From assembly GCA_964016885.1 (NCBI GenBank), contig OZ024745.1, positions 63,116,001-63,180,000 on the forward strand: 64,000 nt of DNA, written 5' to 3'. How positions within the stretch are numbered: the first letter of the stretch is position 1; every line of letters starts with the position of its first letter. Positions 30,101-43,700 of this stretch are shown in pieces. Origin of the DNA: Eledone cirrhosa (Eukaryota). The translations under genes and the position numbers were made by a program. Below the pieces are notes generated by a model. That model saw only the letters and a list, made by a program, of their open reading frames with translations. It was not told the DNA's origin and did no database searches.

Positions 30101-32386
30101 ACCACTTGCTTCTAGTGTTATATAGATTATTCAACAACTTCAGAATACAAATGTACTTTGTTTGCTTAAAATGCTGAATTAAATCTAACAGGTGGTATAA
30201 CATTAAATGGAATGGTTTTCACCAGTTTAATTTTCTATACAAATGTTTTAAGAACAATCGCCATAATGTTGCCCTCGTATGCCATAATCAAATTTGTGTT
30301 TAGACCGTACGAACAAGAAATCTTAAATGCATATACAAATAACAGTTGCTAGTGGATTTGAGTGACACAACGAATACCACTTTTAATAACAGAGGGTAAT
30401 GCATATATAAACGTCATTCGAAAAAAAGCATTACATTTCCTTCTATCTAAGTATATCTAACTGCTGCAAAATTAAATAGTGTTTGAAACAGTAAAAGTTA
30501 ATTATCTTTCCGACGTTAATTTAAGTGCAAAGTTAAATCAGTTGAATTCAATTTTTTCCAAACTTCTTTTGTTTTTATCGTTGTTCATTGATCAGATAAA
30601 ATAGACGATAATTAATGACACAATGCGTCTTAACGGCAAACGTATATGGCTGTATTAACATGGCGTTAACAAGACGCTTATATTCTGTTGATGATTCACA
30701 TTTGATTAAGCAATTAAACACAAGATATATGCACATACCGGCATACTCACATACACACATTCTCACACACTGTCATAGATATTCCTATATGTTTGTGCAT
30801 ACTCTGTCTACCTCAAGTCTATCTTTTATAGATATTTGTTTTAAATAAAGACAAGAAAACATCGAATTTATTATAGAAGACTGTTGAAAATTGGATATTT
30901 TTAATACCAGAGTTAAAAAATTCTATCTAGTAATAAAAAAAAAACTGTACAATAGACTAACAGAAAATGATTTACACAACCAAAGAGGGAGGAGGGCGAG
31001 CGACAGGCTCTACAGTCTCAGGGTTAAATATTTTTAGAATTAAAAGAGTTTTCGGGAATTCATACGACATTAATATCGTTCTGCTTTTGTATTTTACAAC
31101 AACTATAAATATACATATCACTCTGACTAAGAGATGTAGTGTAAGGAATCAAATGTTGTGTATTAGTGTTTGGTATTAGTGTTAGACTTTCTTTTGACTG
31201 CCATTTTGGAAGTTCAATAAAATATTAAACGTACAAGAAGGTGTTACACAATTTAGCGGGTATTTAAATTTATTTGTACTTTAGTCGACAAAGGGGTAAG
31301 GTCCATGTTGACAATATACTTACGATGGATTACATTATTAACTCCAAAATTTACTTTTTGCTTAATTTCCTTTCTATTTGATACATTAACTATCGTTAAA
31401 TGTATGTATCTGAAAATGTCTACATTTTGAAGACGAAAACAAACAAAATGAAGCAATCTTTGTTATTTTTAGAAGCATAAAATTTATTTTGTTCGTAATG
31501 ATAATGGAGATAATGAAACTGCGTGAAATGTTTTCTTTAAAAAAAATTGAAGACATGTTCTATTGTACCGGAAATTTACCCACGAAATACGAATACTAAA
31601 GCATACAGACTGAGGCAGGATGAAATTGATATGCTTATTTTTTTTTTAGAGAAAATAAATCTACAAACAATATTGCTTTCTCCGAGAAGCAATAAAGCAA
31701 TTTTCTTTACTTCGTTCCAAATCCGTTGCTTTTACGTTAAAAAAAAACGCGTTGTAATTTCATAAAAGGTTTGTTTATATTTAATATGCTTGTGTCTACA
31801 GAAGCACCGCAGGAAATATTTCTTTGGACATAATAAAAAAAAAAGGAAATTAAATATATACCTCTCCATATCCGAAGCAATATTACTTTCTGAAATTTAA
31901 TATTTGATTAAATCTAGAAGTGAAACGTTACTGGTGCTACTCAGAAAGCACTTAAGTTTATAGCGGGGGTAGTATTGTCGTTAGTGTATTTTTTAAGGAC
32001 ATTAGCTTCTTAAGTAGAATGAAATATTTTCTGTAAGCAATCAAAGCTGCGAAGTTGATAACATTGCTGGTTATTCATTTTCCCCCTTTCGTCTAGATGT
32101 TAAGCCCCTGTATTGTCTGGAAAGGGTGGCATATGGAAAGATTGACAGTCTAAAGCAATCGAATGAGCTTCAACCGGAAATTGAAACCATGCCGCAATTT
32201 TAGATTGGCTTACTATTTATGCGATGTTTTCCACAGGAAATAAAATGGAGTGAAGAGAGCAAGGATAGCTTTCTAAAGCGGCGTTTATCGTGATGAAATA
32301 TATTCAGTAGAATATATTTGGGTTCCACATTTAGTAACACACTCTACTGTGGTCGCCGTAGAATAGACCAACACAGGTAGTGTATA

Positions 32387-32492
32387 ATTCATGCTTGATT
32401 CCAAGCTATTACTAATATCATTCAAGCTTGATTCCAAGCTATTTCTAATATCATTCATGCTATTACTAATATGATTAAGCTATTACTAATAT
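32387..32492. repeat. Short minisatellite with core GCTATTACTAATAT, about 4 units
   Basis: Directly visible. Confidence 0.85.
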
Positions 32493-33099
32493 GAAATATA
32501 AGTGATTCGAATATTGATCAGATAATGTCGCAACAATTTGTTAATAAATAATGAGATTCTTTTATGATATACATTATTACTAGTAGAAAGTAACTTTTAT
32601 ATGGGGTTAATGAAACAGATTTGCGTAAGGATTGATGCACGTTTATATGTAATATATTTCACTAGATAACATATGATGGATAATGCCCAGTGGGTTTAAA
32701 CGCCTACTGTGCAGCCTTTAATTTACATTAGCTTTTTGTGTTTATATCTCTGCCATCGTATTGTGTCTATATTTCCTTCGATCGTTATTGTAAATCATAT
32801 AATGTTTCCCTGTTAAATTACCATATTTAATATTCTATTTTTGCCACTGATTTTCTTTATATTATGATATACCTGTTTATTCATACTTATTCTATGATAG
32901 GTGGGTCCTTTGTATAAATGTAATAATGGAAATTATTATTGATATTATATGCATTTCCTCCCCGAATATTGAAGAACATATTACGTTTGGTGTATATCCA
33001 ATAGAATTTGGTTCAGATAGATGCTTCGGCTTCCTCATATATGTACCTGAAACTCTGTTAACATCATCATAGCTAAATTAATATATTAAACTTTTCATA

Positions 33100-33786
33100 G
33101 GTTTGGGGGCGAGTGTGGGCATGAGTGGTATGAAAATCAGTGCTGTGAAAAATGAGTCACTCACCCTCACAAGGAAGCCTGCGCAGTGGACTATACGTTT
33201 GAATGGAATTCTACCAAAGTAGGTGGAGAAATTCAAATCTCAGGGCCGTGTTCACAAGGGATGGTAGGTAGGTGGTTGAAGGAAGTGTGAGCATTACAGG
33301 AACTGGGGCAGTAACATGCCAACTCCAGCATTTGGAAATCAAATGAAAGGGGGTTAGGTGTAAAAGCCAAACTTGCTATCTTGGGTAATGACCGAAAGAA
33401 TACGATCGCAAATGCAAGCAGTCGAGATGGGATTTTTTAAAGGGGTTTTTGAGTAACGTTACTTCAGAGAGTGCGTAGGTTGCAGATCAGAGATTCACCC
33501 CACTCCAAAGTTTTAGGTCACAGCTCTGATATTATGGCTATGTGGTTAGAATGTCCCAGGAAAAAAATTGCTGAACATATTTTATGGGTTAAACTAACCG
33601 GAAAGAGACCCAGGGCTAGACCACGAGCAAGGTGTTTGGCTGGTCTCGCTTAGGGATCCAGACGAATATGTTGGAGACGGTTGCTTCTGACAGGACCCGT
33701 TGGAAGGTGATTTTGAGGAATCTACCCCCACAACCTTCTCGGGAACAGGTTTGTGAAGAAGAAGAAGAAGAAGAAGAAGAAGAAGA
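33100..33786 (+). mobile_element. RTE-clade LINE 3' end (Expander/Rex3-like) with (GAA)n tail
   Basis: MTERIRSQMQAVEMGF, GKRPRARPRAR and DRTRWKVILRNLPPQP, followed by (GAA)n. Confidence 0.82.
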
Positions 33787-34204
33787 TTTCAAAGTTATTA
33801 GTGAAGCATTTTCATGTATAACCCTTTTACTAATAAAGCCTTCGGGTTCAAATGAAGTCATATACAATTGCAATAACATATATCGATTATAATTTATGCT
33901 CCCTTGTCACCTCTATCATGTGCATTCATTTGTTTAATACATTTTTCTTTTCTAATATGTGTCAAATCTTATACAAACTCATAGAATACATTAAATTACC
34001 TTTAGTGATTAGTAATTTATAACTAATCATATTAAACCTCTCAGGAGGTTTTCTGAAAATTATATTTGAACAGGCAAGAAAATGTGTAATTTTGTTAATG
34101 TTATTTTAACTTCGGATAAGGATATTTGACACAATCTATGAGCATCTCTTCAAGAAATAGGGAAATACGAAATTGCACAATGACATATTTGGTACGCCAT
34201 TATC

Positions 34205-34385
34205 GGATTGGCAGTATCGGTAGAGGGTCGGACGCCATGCTTTGCAACAAAGTGTTATGGCTCTTTATGGTCTGAGTTCAAATCCCGTCGAGGTTAACTT
34301 TGCCTTTCATCCTTACGGGGTCGATAAAATAAAGTACCACTAATACACTGGTATAATTGCTGGCCTTGTGCCAAAAGTAGAAACA
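34205..34385 (+). mobile_element. SINE family A
   Basis: A and B boxes and the central domain. Short TSD ATTATC at 34199-34204 and 34386-34391. Confidence 0.9.
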
Positions 34386-35054
34386 ATTATCAGTAGTAAC
34401 CAAAACTTTGTTAAGCAGAAATACTCAGAAGACCTATTTGAAAACGAAATCTATCATTTCTCACCATGCACTAGACCAGGCATATGCAAACGTATTTGAG
34501 TTGTGGGCCACATAGGATGTGGTTCATCATATGGTGGGAAGCACTACTATGAGATTCAAGGCAATTTTGAAATTAGGCGTGCCATTCAGATAATGGCTGC
34601 ACTAGACAATCAGCAAATATGCTGGTGATATATCTAATCGTTTCGGCGATTCATTACTATGAATGAGTACTAAATCATTCTTCATATAGACGAACAAACC
34701 ATGATATATGAGTTCGAATATAATTTTGTTGAGATGCATTCTTGATACATTTTCTAATGGTGTACACATTTAGACATATTTAACATAGCTTTATTTTATT
34801 TCTCACGATAGTAATCACAATTAAACTCATTAGCTTCATATGCAACTACATAAATGTTAGAGGCGGCGTTATGTGAATAATGAGTAAAACAAATTGGCAC
34901 ATTCACACAATTTCCTATTGCAATCATTCATTTTATATATAATTACTCGTATTTAACTATAGTACTTCAATACAAGGGAGGTAATTAAAGAAATCTAAAG
35001 CACTTAATTTGTTTGTGTTACTAAAATATGGATGATTTTTACTAATATATATAT

Positions 35055-35466
35055 TAGACCTGAAAAATGCGCAAGCTCAGAAGAGCCACAGAATGTTATA
35101 ATAAACCTTCAAAAGTGTGGGACTAGAGTTGTTGGTCACAACTATTGCAATCATTATCTATCGTACAATCTGTGGCATCCTTTTATAAAAAAAGAGACTC
35201 ATAACGAACTCAACACGACACGATAATTATTTAAGCTAATGTTCAATACGAAATGCACTTAAACCGAATTCTATATTATAAATTCATTTAAATAATTATC
35301 GTGTCGTCTTGAGTTCGTTATGAGTCTCTTTTTTATAAAAGGATGCCACAGAGTGTACGACAGATAATGTTTACAATATTTTTGAGCAACAGCTCTAGTC
35401 CCATACTTTTGAAGGTTTATTACAACATTCTGTGGCTCTTTTGAGCTTGCGCATTTTCCAGGTCTA
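35055..35466. repeat. Fold-back inverted repeat, arms about 180 bp (35055-35233 / 35288-35466)
   Basis: TAGACCTGAAAAATGCGCAAGCTC.. pairs with ..GAGCTTGCGCATTTTCCAGGTCTA. Confidence 0.9.
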
Positions 35467-35589
35467 GTTTAATATTTTTTTAAGGCAACGCTTGTAATAA
35501 CTCTTGTTAAACATGATATATATTAATAATAATTTATCAATGTAAAATGTAATGCATGAACAATTGGAAAACATTTTTTGTAATATATA

Positions 35590-35780
35590 GGGCGATGGAT
35601 TGGCAATATCGGTAGAGGGTCAGACGCCATGCTTTGCAGCAACGAGTTACGGCCCTTTATGATCTGAGTTCAAATCCCGCCGAGGTTAACGTTACCCTTC
35701 ATCCTTACGGGGTCGATAAAATAAAGTACCAGTAAAACACTGGGATAATTGCTGGCCTTGCGCCAAAAGTAGAAACAATT
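35590..35780 (+). mobile_element. SINE family A, full length, with 13-bp TSD
   Basis: ATTTTTTGTAATA at 35573-35585 and 35781-35793. Confidence 0.9.
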
Positions 35781-35864
35781 ATTTTTTGTAATACATCAAA
35801 TCAAAATTACATTACTAAATCTTATTCTGTTTCTTGTAAATAATTTATTTCAAAATATCAATTC

Positions 35865-38800
35865 AAAACTTTTGTGAATAGGCATTATATGTTATCATTT
35901 ACCTATGGTTTAAATTTCATATAAATCGCAGGGAAAAAGTGTTCAGCGGGGGTTTAACCCCCATTAGGGTGTCTTAATATTATTGAAATTTGCAGAAATT
36001 TTGTGAAGATCAGCAGCCAGCTTGATAGCCGAAATAGATAGCACCAACATTATCCCTACCATTAGCAAGAGGAAGGCAACCACAGAAACAGCGACAATAA
36101 CAACGATCCCGCATCTTCAGTGAAAGAAGTCATTCGATCCCCAGCAACCAGCCCCTGTTTTCTTTTTGTACATTCATCCATTCATTTATTTATTTATTTG
36201 CTAACTTTCTACTTTCGTGTGTGTGTCCCTTCATGCAAGTCCCCTTCTCTTTTATCTTGTCTTCTGTCGCCTCCATATCTGATGTTGGTGAGCTATGAGG
36301 CCTCACTCATACCAACACTTTTCCTTCCACCCACATGCAGTTGTTCCTGGCACCTGGCCTGGTGACAACCAGCCACTCACCCCTGATGCCGCTTGGTGCC
36401 ACAGTCCCCGGCTCAACGCCCCATTCTCATCCACACCAGTCGACAGCTGCATCACTTGCCACACCACGAACAGATGGAAGAGGGGCCAGAACAGTTCGGG
36501 GTGCGGTTGCTTCCACCACCTCACCTGTTTTAGTTTGACGCGTCCAGATTCCAGTGACCTCGCAGCGTGGGGATGCAGAAACTGTCTCTTCCCCTCGTCT
36601 GCCCAGCCACGGCTGTCTGGTATTCCACAAGATGAGACAGCGAATTGCCTGATGTCCAAGCCTCGCTGGTCAACATCGCTCGGCTCAGGCAGCTCCGGAA
36701 GATTCCACTAAGGATCCTGAGAGCGGCCCGGGTGCCGGTAGCCGATGCCCTCGCTTCCTCGATCGAGAGTGCTCTGAACTTCAATCGAGCCAGCGACTGG
36801 GAGCGACTCTTCTGTTTCGTCGACTCTTTCGAGCGACTCTTCTATTTCGTCCCACTCAGCTCTGGCGCTGACCGAGGCGGCCTGTCGTCAGCAGCCTTTG
36901 TCAAGGCCAATGTTTCGTCCTTTGGGCAAGTGCCCATTCCAAGCGTGCCGAAGGACGCTGCAACCCCTGCTGTTGGGTGCCTCCAATCATCCACCCCTGA
37001 GGCCAGTGCTAAGCGTTTACGTGACCACGTAAACGCTAAACTTATCATGAGTGATGTCTTGGCCGCAGACAGAGTAGTGCCTTAGTGGAGACTGTCCTCC
37101 AAAGCACCGAGGAGGTCCTGGCTCAAGCATCCTGAGCCACTCGCTGATCTCCGACCCATACACGTACCCGATCCCCACCTGCTCCTTGTGGCTTCCCACG
37201 CAGAGATGATGTCTGCCATCAAGTCCTTCCCAGCTAGCAGCAGCAAAAGTGCTGATAGTTTCCGACCAGGCCACCTCAATGAGTTGCTATCCCCCTCTCC
37301 TTTAAGGCCGGGTGTCGCCTTCTGAGTATAATTGAGGCACTCACCAATAGGCTTATCCATGGCACCCTGGATCCTCACGCCCGTGGCATCTTTTTTGCGG
37401 CTAGCCTGACCGCTCTCAGGAAGAAATAGGGTGGCATACGCCCCATCGTTGTGGGAAATGTCTTCCAGAGGCTAGCTGCTAAGGTGGTTTGCAGGTCCAT
37501 AACACCTTAACTGGGTGAGGAGTTCATTTCGGTGCAACTGGGTCTCGGCGTGTCCGGTGGGCCGCACATGCAATCAGGCAGTTCTTCAATAGCTGCCTAC
37601 CGGAACCGGCATCCAGGGACTCCAGGCACCTCATTGTCAAGGTTGACATGAGGAATGCCTTTAACTGCATACGCCGTGACCATCTGCTCGATGCCTGCCT
37701 CAGCCGAGCCCTCTCCGCCTACCCTCTGGCCTACTTGTCATATGGTACCACGAGCATGCTCCTTGCTGCTGATACGTTCATACCTTTGGCCACTGGGGTC
37801 CAACAGGGTGACCCCTTGAGCCCCCCTCCTGTTTGCCCGTATAAACCACATTGCCCGGAGTGTCATGGCCCCTCTCAACCTTTGGTATCTGAATGATGCT
37901 ACGCTCGGCGAGCCCGTGGAGACTATCTGCCATGACCTTCAATCGGTGGTTCCAGCCCTGGCGGGAATCGGCCTCCAGGTCAACTTGTCCAAGTCGGAGG
38001 TGGTGAATGTCAGCTATGAAGTCGAGAGCTTTTCAGCCTACATCTCGGACGTGAGACCATTCTCCAACATACACAGGTGACCTCTAAAGAGGATGTCCTC
38101 ATTCTCGGGATACCGATCCACCCACCGGCCATCGGCTTCACCATCAGGTCTAGGCTGCAACAACTCCAGACCCACACGAGCCGACTGGGCTTTATCGGCG
38201 GCCAGCCAGCTCTCTTCTTGTTGAGGAACTGCTTCGCCACGTGCTACAGCCACGAATCTCTCCTCGCTGACCTCGATACATGTATCCGAGCGGCAGCTGA
38301 GGAGATATGCAACGTCAGGTTTGACGAAATTGGATGGCAACAGGCCATTTTACCTGTCAGATACGGCGGCCTTGGGCTCCGGTCCCCGATATCGCTGGCT
38401 TAGCCGGCGTTTCTTTCATCGGTAACTTCATGCCGCGCCCTTATCAGCAGGGTTCTCCAAAACACAATAAAACCCTCGGTGTTCAGGGAACGTGAAGATG
38501 CCTGTGAGACGTGGGACAGGCTGGGACTTATCCCAGTAGACGTCACTCCTCCTTTTCCCCCAGCTGATGTGAAGTCCCCCCAAAGCGTATGGTATGCCAT
38601 CCAGTGCAGCCTGGCCTCAGACAGGCTAACGCGAGAGCTCGATCAGCACTGTCTTGCCTGTTTTCGCGCGGCCTCTAAACCCCACAGTGGTGCCTTGCTC
38701 CATACTTTGCCGTCCTCCACTGGCACGCAACTGGGTAACGATAGCCTGTGCATCGGTGTTTCCTTGAGGCTTGAACTCCGGATCAGCGAGCACATAAATG

Positions 38801-39905
38801 TCGCTGCGGATCCACCATGGACTCTTTTGGCCTCCACCCACTTTCCTGTCACCACAGAGCCGGCCGCCTTCCATGCCATATTGCCCTTAACGAGCTTATT
38901 AAGCATGGCATGGACGCTGCAGGCTTCCCATCCCAGCTCGAGCCGGTGGGGCTGGACCGAGGGGATGTCAAAAGACCAGACGGTATGACCATATTCCAGT
39001 TCCGCGGTGGAAAAGCCCTCGTCTGGGATGCCACATGCAGCGACACTTTCTCCAGCCGCAACCTGGTGCAGTCTGCGACTAACCCAGGTACTAATGCACG
39101 CCGGGCTGAGGAGGCCAAACTCTCCAAGTACCGGTCCCTCTCCGACAGGTTCGCGGTCGTGCCCCTGGCAGTGGATACTTCTGGTGTCCTTGGCCCTAGG
39201 GCTACCTCCCTATTGACCACCATAGGCGATGAGCTGGCCAGCCGCAGGTGTGAGTCTCGCGAGTTGGAATGGCTCTTCCAGTGCATCTCCCTTACGGGGA
39301 AACGACTTCTCCATTCTGTCCGCCGGGGCTGTGGGGAGGCCAGCACGTGGGACCCCATTTGCTCACCATACGGATTAATACACAAAGTTATAACCTATTG
39401 TAAATAGGCATCATATCATGTCATATACCTATGGTTTAAATTTCAAATAAATCAAAGGGAAAAAATGTTCAGCAGGGGCTTTTAGCAGGGTTTTTGTGCC
39501 CCGAGGGAACCCTTTGATTAAAATGAAATATACTTATCGAAGTACCCCTGGGCAATATAGTTTCAGAATATATATAGTTCTGGGTTTCTATCTCAAAAAC
39601 CATAGGAGTTCGTGAAATCTTGTTCCATTTATTGGCCAAAATTTTCACTATAGGGGATTAAACACCCATTAGGGTGTCTTAATATTATTGAAATTTGCTG
39701 AAATTTTGTGGATAAGTATCATATCTTGTCATTTACCTATGATTTAAATTTCATATAAATCGAAGGAAAAACATTTGATTAAAATGAAATATATTTATCC
39801 AAGTACCCTGGACAATGTAGTTTCAGAATATATATGGTTATGGGCGTCTATCTCCAAAACCATAAGAGTAGTTTATGAACAAACAAACAAACAGACAGGA
39901 ATGTA

Positions 39906-39957
<52 letters not shown>

Positions 39958-39960
39958 TAG
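35865..39960 (-). mobile_element. Internally repetitive non-autonomous Helitron-like element (35865-36007 plus 39398-39960), interrupted by the CRE element
   Basis: The unit TACCTATG(G/A)TTTAAATTTCA.ATAAATC occurs three times. Right end on the minus strand reads TCTATATATA..TAAAGTTACATTCCTGTCTGTTTGTTTG, similar in style to the Helitron 5' end at 46370. Confidence 0.55.
36008..39397 (+). mobile_element. CRE-clade non-LTR retrotransposon, probably full length, pseudogenised (PHD-like finger, RT, zinc knuckle, restriction-like endonuclease)
   Basis: IRPIVVGNVFQRL, VKVDMRNAFNCIRR, GVQQGDPLSP, WYLNDATLG, C.CG..MDSFGLHPLSC, KRPDGMT..KALVWDATCSDT and AEEAKLSKY..PLAVDTSG. Imperfect TSD TTGTGAA/TTGTAAA at 36001-36007 and 39398-39404. 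Confidence 0.88.
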
Positions 39961-39964
39961 ATAG

Positions 39965-40447
<483 letters not shown>

Positions 40448-40590
40448 CCAAAGATTAATATGGTTCATTGATTACTCAATGAATACAGTTTTACAATAGT
40501 TTAAAAGCACTCAACAAGGTTTACTGCCAATATGGAATTGGAATATGAATATCAAGACCTTAGAGGTATGTCATATATCAAATCATATAT

Positions 40591-40653
40591 TTTATCTGAC
40601 GAGGACATACTGGAAAAAAAACAACACAGTACCTTCGAAATATATATAATAAA
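40591..40653 (+). ncRNA. Type I hammerhead ribozyme, intact core
   Basis: TTTAT-CTGACGA-GGACATACTG..CAGTACCTTC-GAAA-TATATA-TA-ATAAA. Confidence 0.7.
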
Positions 40654-40736
40654 GCATATATTTTGATTATGTGAATATCTTCATTTGTTAATAATTTGAA
40701 TTATATATATATATATATAATTATATATATATATAT

Positions 40737-43700
40737 ACTTGCTCGAGGTTTAATTGGTTTAAAGTACTCTTAATGATTCCACTCAACGGGATAGAAATCC
40801 CTGTGAAGGGTTCTGCAACACTCTCAGAAGGGGGTAACAATTGAATGTGAGGTGGCCTGAAAAATGCCGTGTTATCGTTCTCACGATGGTAATAATTCGG
40901 TAGGAAGTGCTGGAAAGGGTTGTAAATCGTTCGCAGGTGAATAGCGCCTCTTCCTCTTTCACCAACGGTAGCGGAGGTGCTGTCCCGAAACTTCATGCTC
41001 TGTGAAAACAGATTGGATGCCCTATGTAGGAAAGAGTGGGAATTCGCATGGGTAAGTAAATACGTGTAAGTTTGAAAATATACAATAATAGCATCTACTC
41101 ACCATATGTCAGACCGGCAAGACTAGCGGTGCTGTAGACCACATTTTTTGTTCTGCCTTTGGGCGCAAGTATGAATAAGTTCTGCTTGCATCCGACTCTT
41201 GAGCATGCGACGTATAATTGGCCGTGTGAGAAGCACGGCTGGCCTAAATGGAGGCCTGCCGTTGTTAGCGTGTAGCGTTGGGACTTGCTGATTGACATCG
41301 CGAAGCAAAGTTTAACGGGGAATTGAAGTCGGCGCAGTCTACAGGGCATTCCTTACCTGATGGAGTTAATGGTATTCTGAGTATGAAGGCGTTTTCTCCA
41401 ACGTCGCAGCCCGTGAGAATTGTGTCTTCAATTACATTCCGCAGGAGGTTTCTTACCACTAACCGTGTTCCATTGCAGAGATGCGGTGGTTCCAGGTTCC
41501 TCAACAGCATCACTGGAGCCCCAACTTTGAGGCGCAGTTCATGAGGTGGCAGTCCGGAGAGGTCCAAGGAATTCTGTGGGAAAATCGTCAACCTCACCTT
41601 TGTCCACAACTGTGTCCACAAATTTGTAGGTATGGAGGTTTCCAGGAATGCGTTGCAGAAGGTCCTCATTGATTTTTGAAACAGAGACATTTTTGGGAGC
41701 TAATATGGCTCTATCGCACAACCAACTCTTGTTTTTGTAGTTGATGGCCATATCGGCAAAGACAGAAGCTGTGAGGTCGTCAACAGTGTCGACAACGGTG
41801 CCTACTTGCGAGACTGCCATTTCTCCAGCTGCATCAGAAGGTGCAGTACCGTCACCAACTGTTAAGAAGTCCTTCGAGAAGTCGGCTGATAAGTGGTCGC
41901 CGAACAGTTGGCTCTCATGTTTGTTGTGATGGTCAGAATTGTCACCTCCTGCCACTGGGAAGATGACTTAATGCAAGCCCCAACAGTGTCGGCCCTGGTG
42001 GCTTTTGGAATAACTAGAAGGGTTTGTCGAAAATCGCCAGACAGCAGTAGAGGTACTCCTCGCATCGGCCGGTTGCATTGTCTGATGTCTCGTAGAGTCC
42101 TGTCTAACGCCTCAATGGACCATTTATGGGCCATTGTGCATTCGTCCCACACAATTAGCTGGCATCTTTTCAAGATTTCTGCTTTGTGAGAGTCCTTGGT
42201 GATATTGCAGGCTATTGTGTCATCTGAAGTCGCGTTGAATGGTAGTTTAAATTCGGAATGAGCTGTCCTACCTCCAAGTAGCAGAGTTGCGGCAATCCCT
42301 GAAGAAGCCACAGCCAGGATGATTCATTTTTGCTGTCGCACTTTGGCGAGGAGGATTTTAGTGACGAATGTTTTACCAGTACCTCCTGGGGCGTCCAAAA
42401 AGAAGACACCTCCTGCGCGTTGACGAATGGAAGTGTAAACTGTGTCATACGCCCGCCGTTGGTCCTGCAACAATTTCGGCTCGTTTTCGTTGATGAACAG
42501 TTCGAGAGCATCGACGTCGTAGGCAGTTTCCTGAATTATGCCCGTAGGAAGTTTGTCCGAGCCCGTTCGCTGAACTTTTGGCAGTCCATAGAATGGAAGG
42601 TCATTTCCACCGGCTGTGAGGATTTTGTCCTCGATGTCAATGAAAGCTTTGTTGAAGAATTCATCGTAAAGGTCCTCTTTGTATTTCTCCCATAAGGATC
42701 AGGGCCGCTTAGCTCGCATGTCTGCAGTATCACCGCAAAGAGTTACCGAAGACTTTGCCTGAGCGTATTGTAGCTGCCTCCGCCAATGTTGCATCCCACT
42801 GAGCGCCATTCCCAGTAGACCCCGTCTAAGGCAGACTGCGTGGAATGAAGTACAAATCTCTCCGTTGATTGTTTTCAGATGGTCGAAAGATGTCGGTCCT
42901 ACCAACTCATGTTGGTTAGAATGAATTGCGTAGACTATCCCAGGGTAGGGGAGATTTTAGTGTCTGGATGTCCCTCGACGGGTTGTCCTTTCACCCTTCT
43001 TAACCAAATTCTGTTGGTCTGTGTTCCAAGTGTAGTATGATGGCACCTGAGAGTAGAAGAGAGACTAGGCGAAGGGATCGTTTCGGCATACCTTAAAAAA
43101 TGCCGTAAGTGTGGTGTCCTTGGGTTCCTCTGCTATCTCAGCAGTGGTGGAGGCGGTGGAGTAGACTCTTCGACCGTTTTCAAGGTGTACCGCCAACTGT
43201 TTGATTGGGGGTAGTTATGGTGTATTGCAAAGTGGAAGAATCGCCAGAACGCTTCATTACTGCTGATGTATCGGCCAAACCTGGTATCGAGTGATTTCAC
43301 CTCGGCTGTTCTCCATTGTAAGATCGAAGGACGCAGCATCGGACCCCTTATTGATGTACTTGCAGACGTAATTTATTGATTTGACGGAGTGGCAGTATTC
43401 AACTTTAATGTGGGCGTTAAACATTTTAAGCAGAAGTGGACAGTAGGGTACAATCCACCGATTGTCGACGTGGTGATGTGGGGTTTTCGCAACAATTCCT
43501 TCGTCCGCTGGCTCCCCGCGGCGGTATAATGGGTAACCGTCGCCACCCGTCTGAGTTTCTCCGGGGAATGGCCTTGGATACCTCTTGGTGCACCTTCTTT
43601 CTTTAATGCATGGCGAATTCATGTTCAAACCGTTTCCGCATGACCTGTGAGCCATGTGAGCTATGACGATGTTGTGGAGTTCTCTGTCCAACTTCGGGTC

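Noticed and set aside
30985-31027. ..AGGGTTAA as a piggyBac terminus
   Set aside because: No matching opposite terminal repeat was found.
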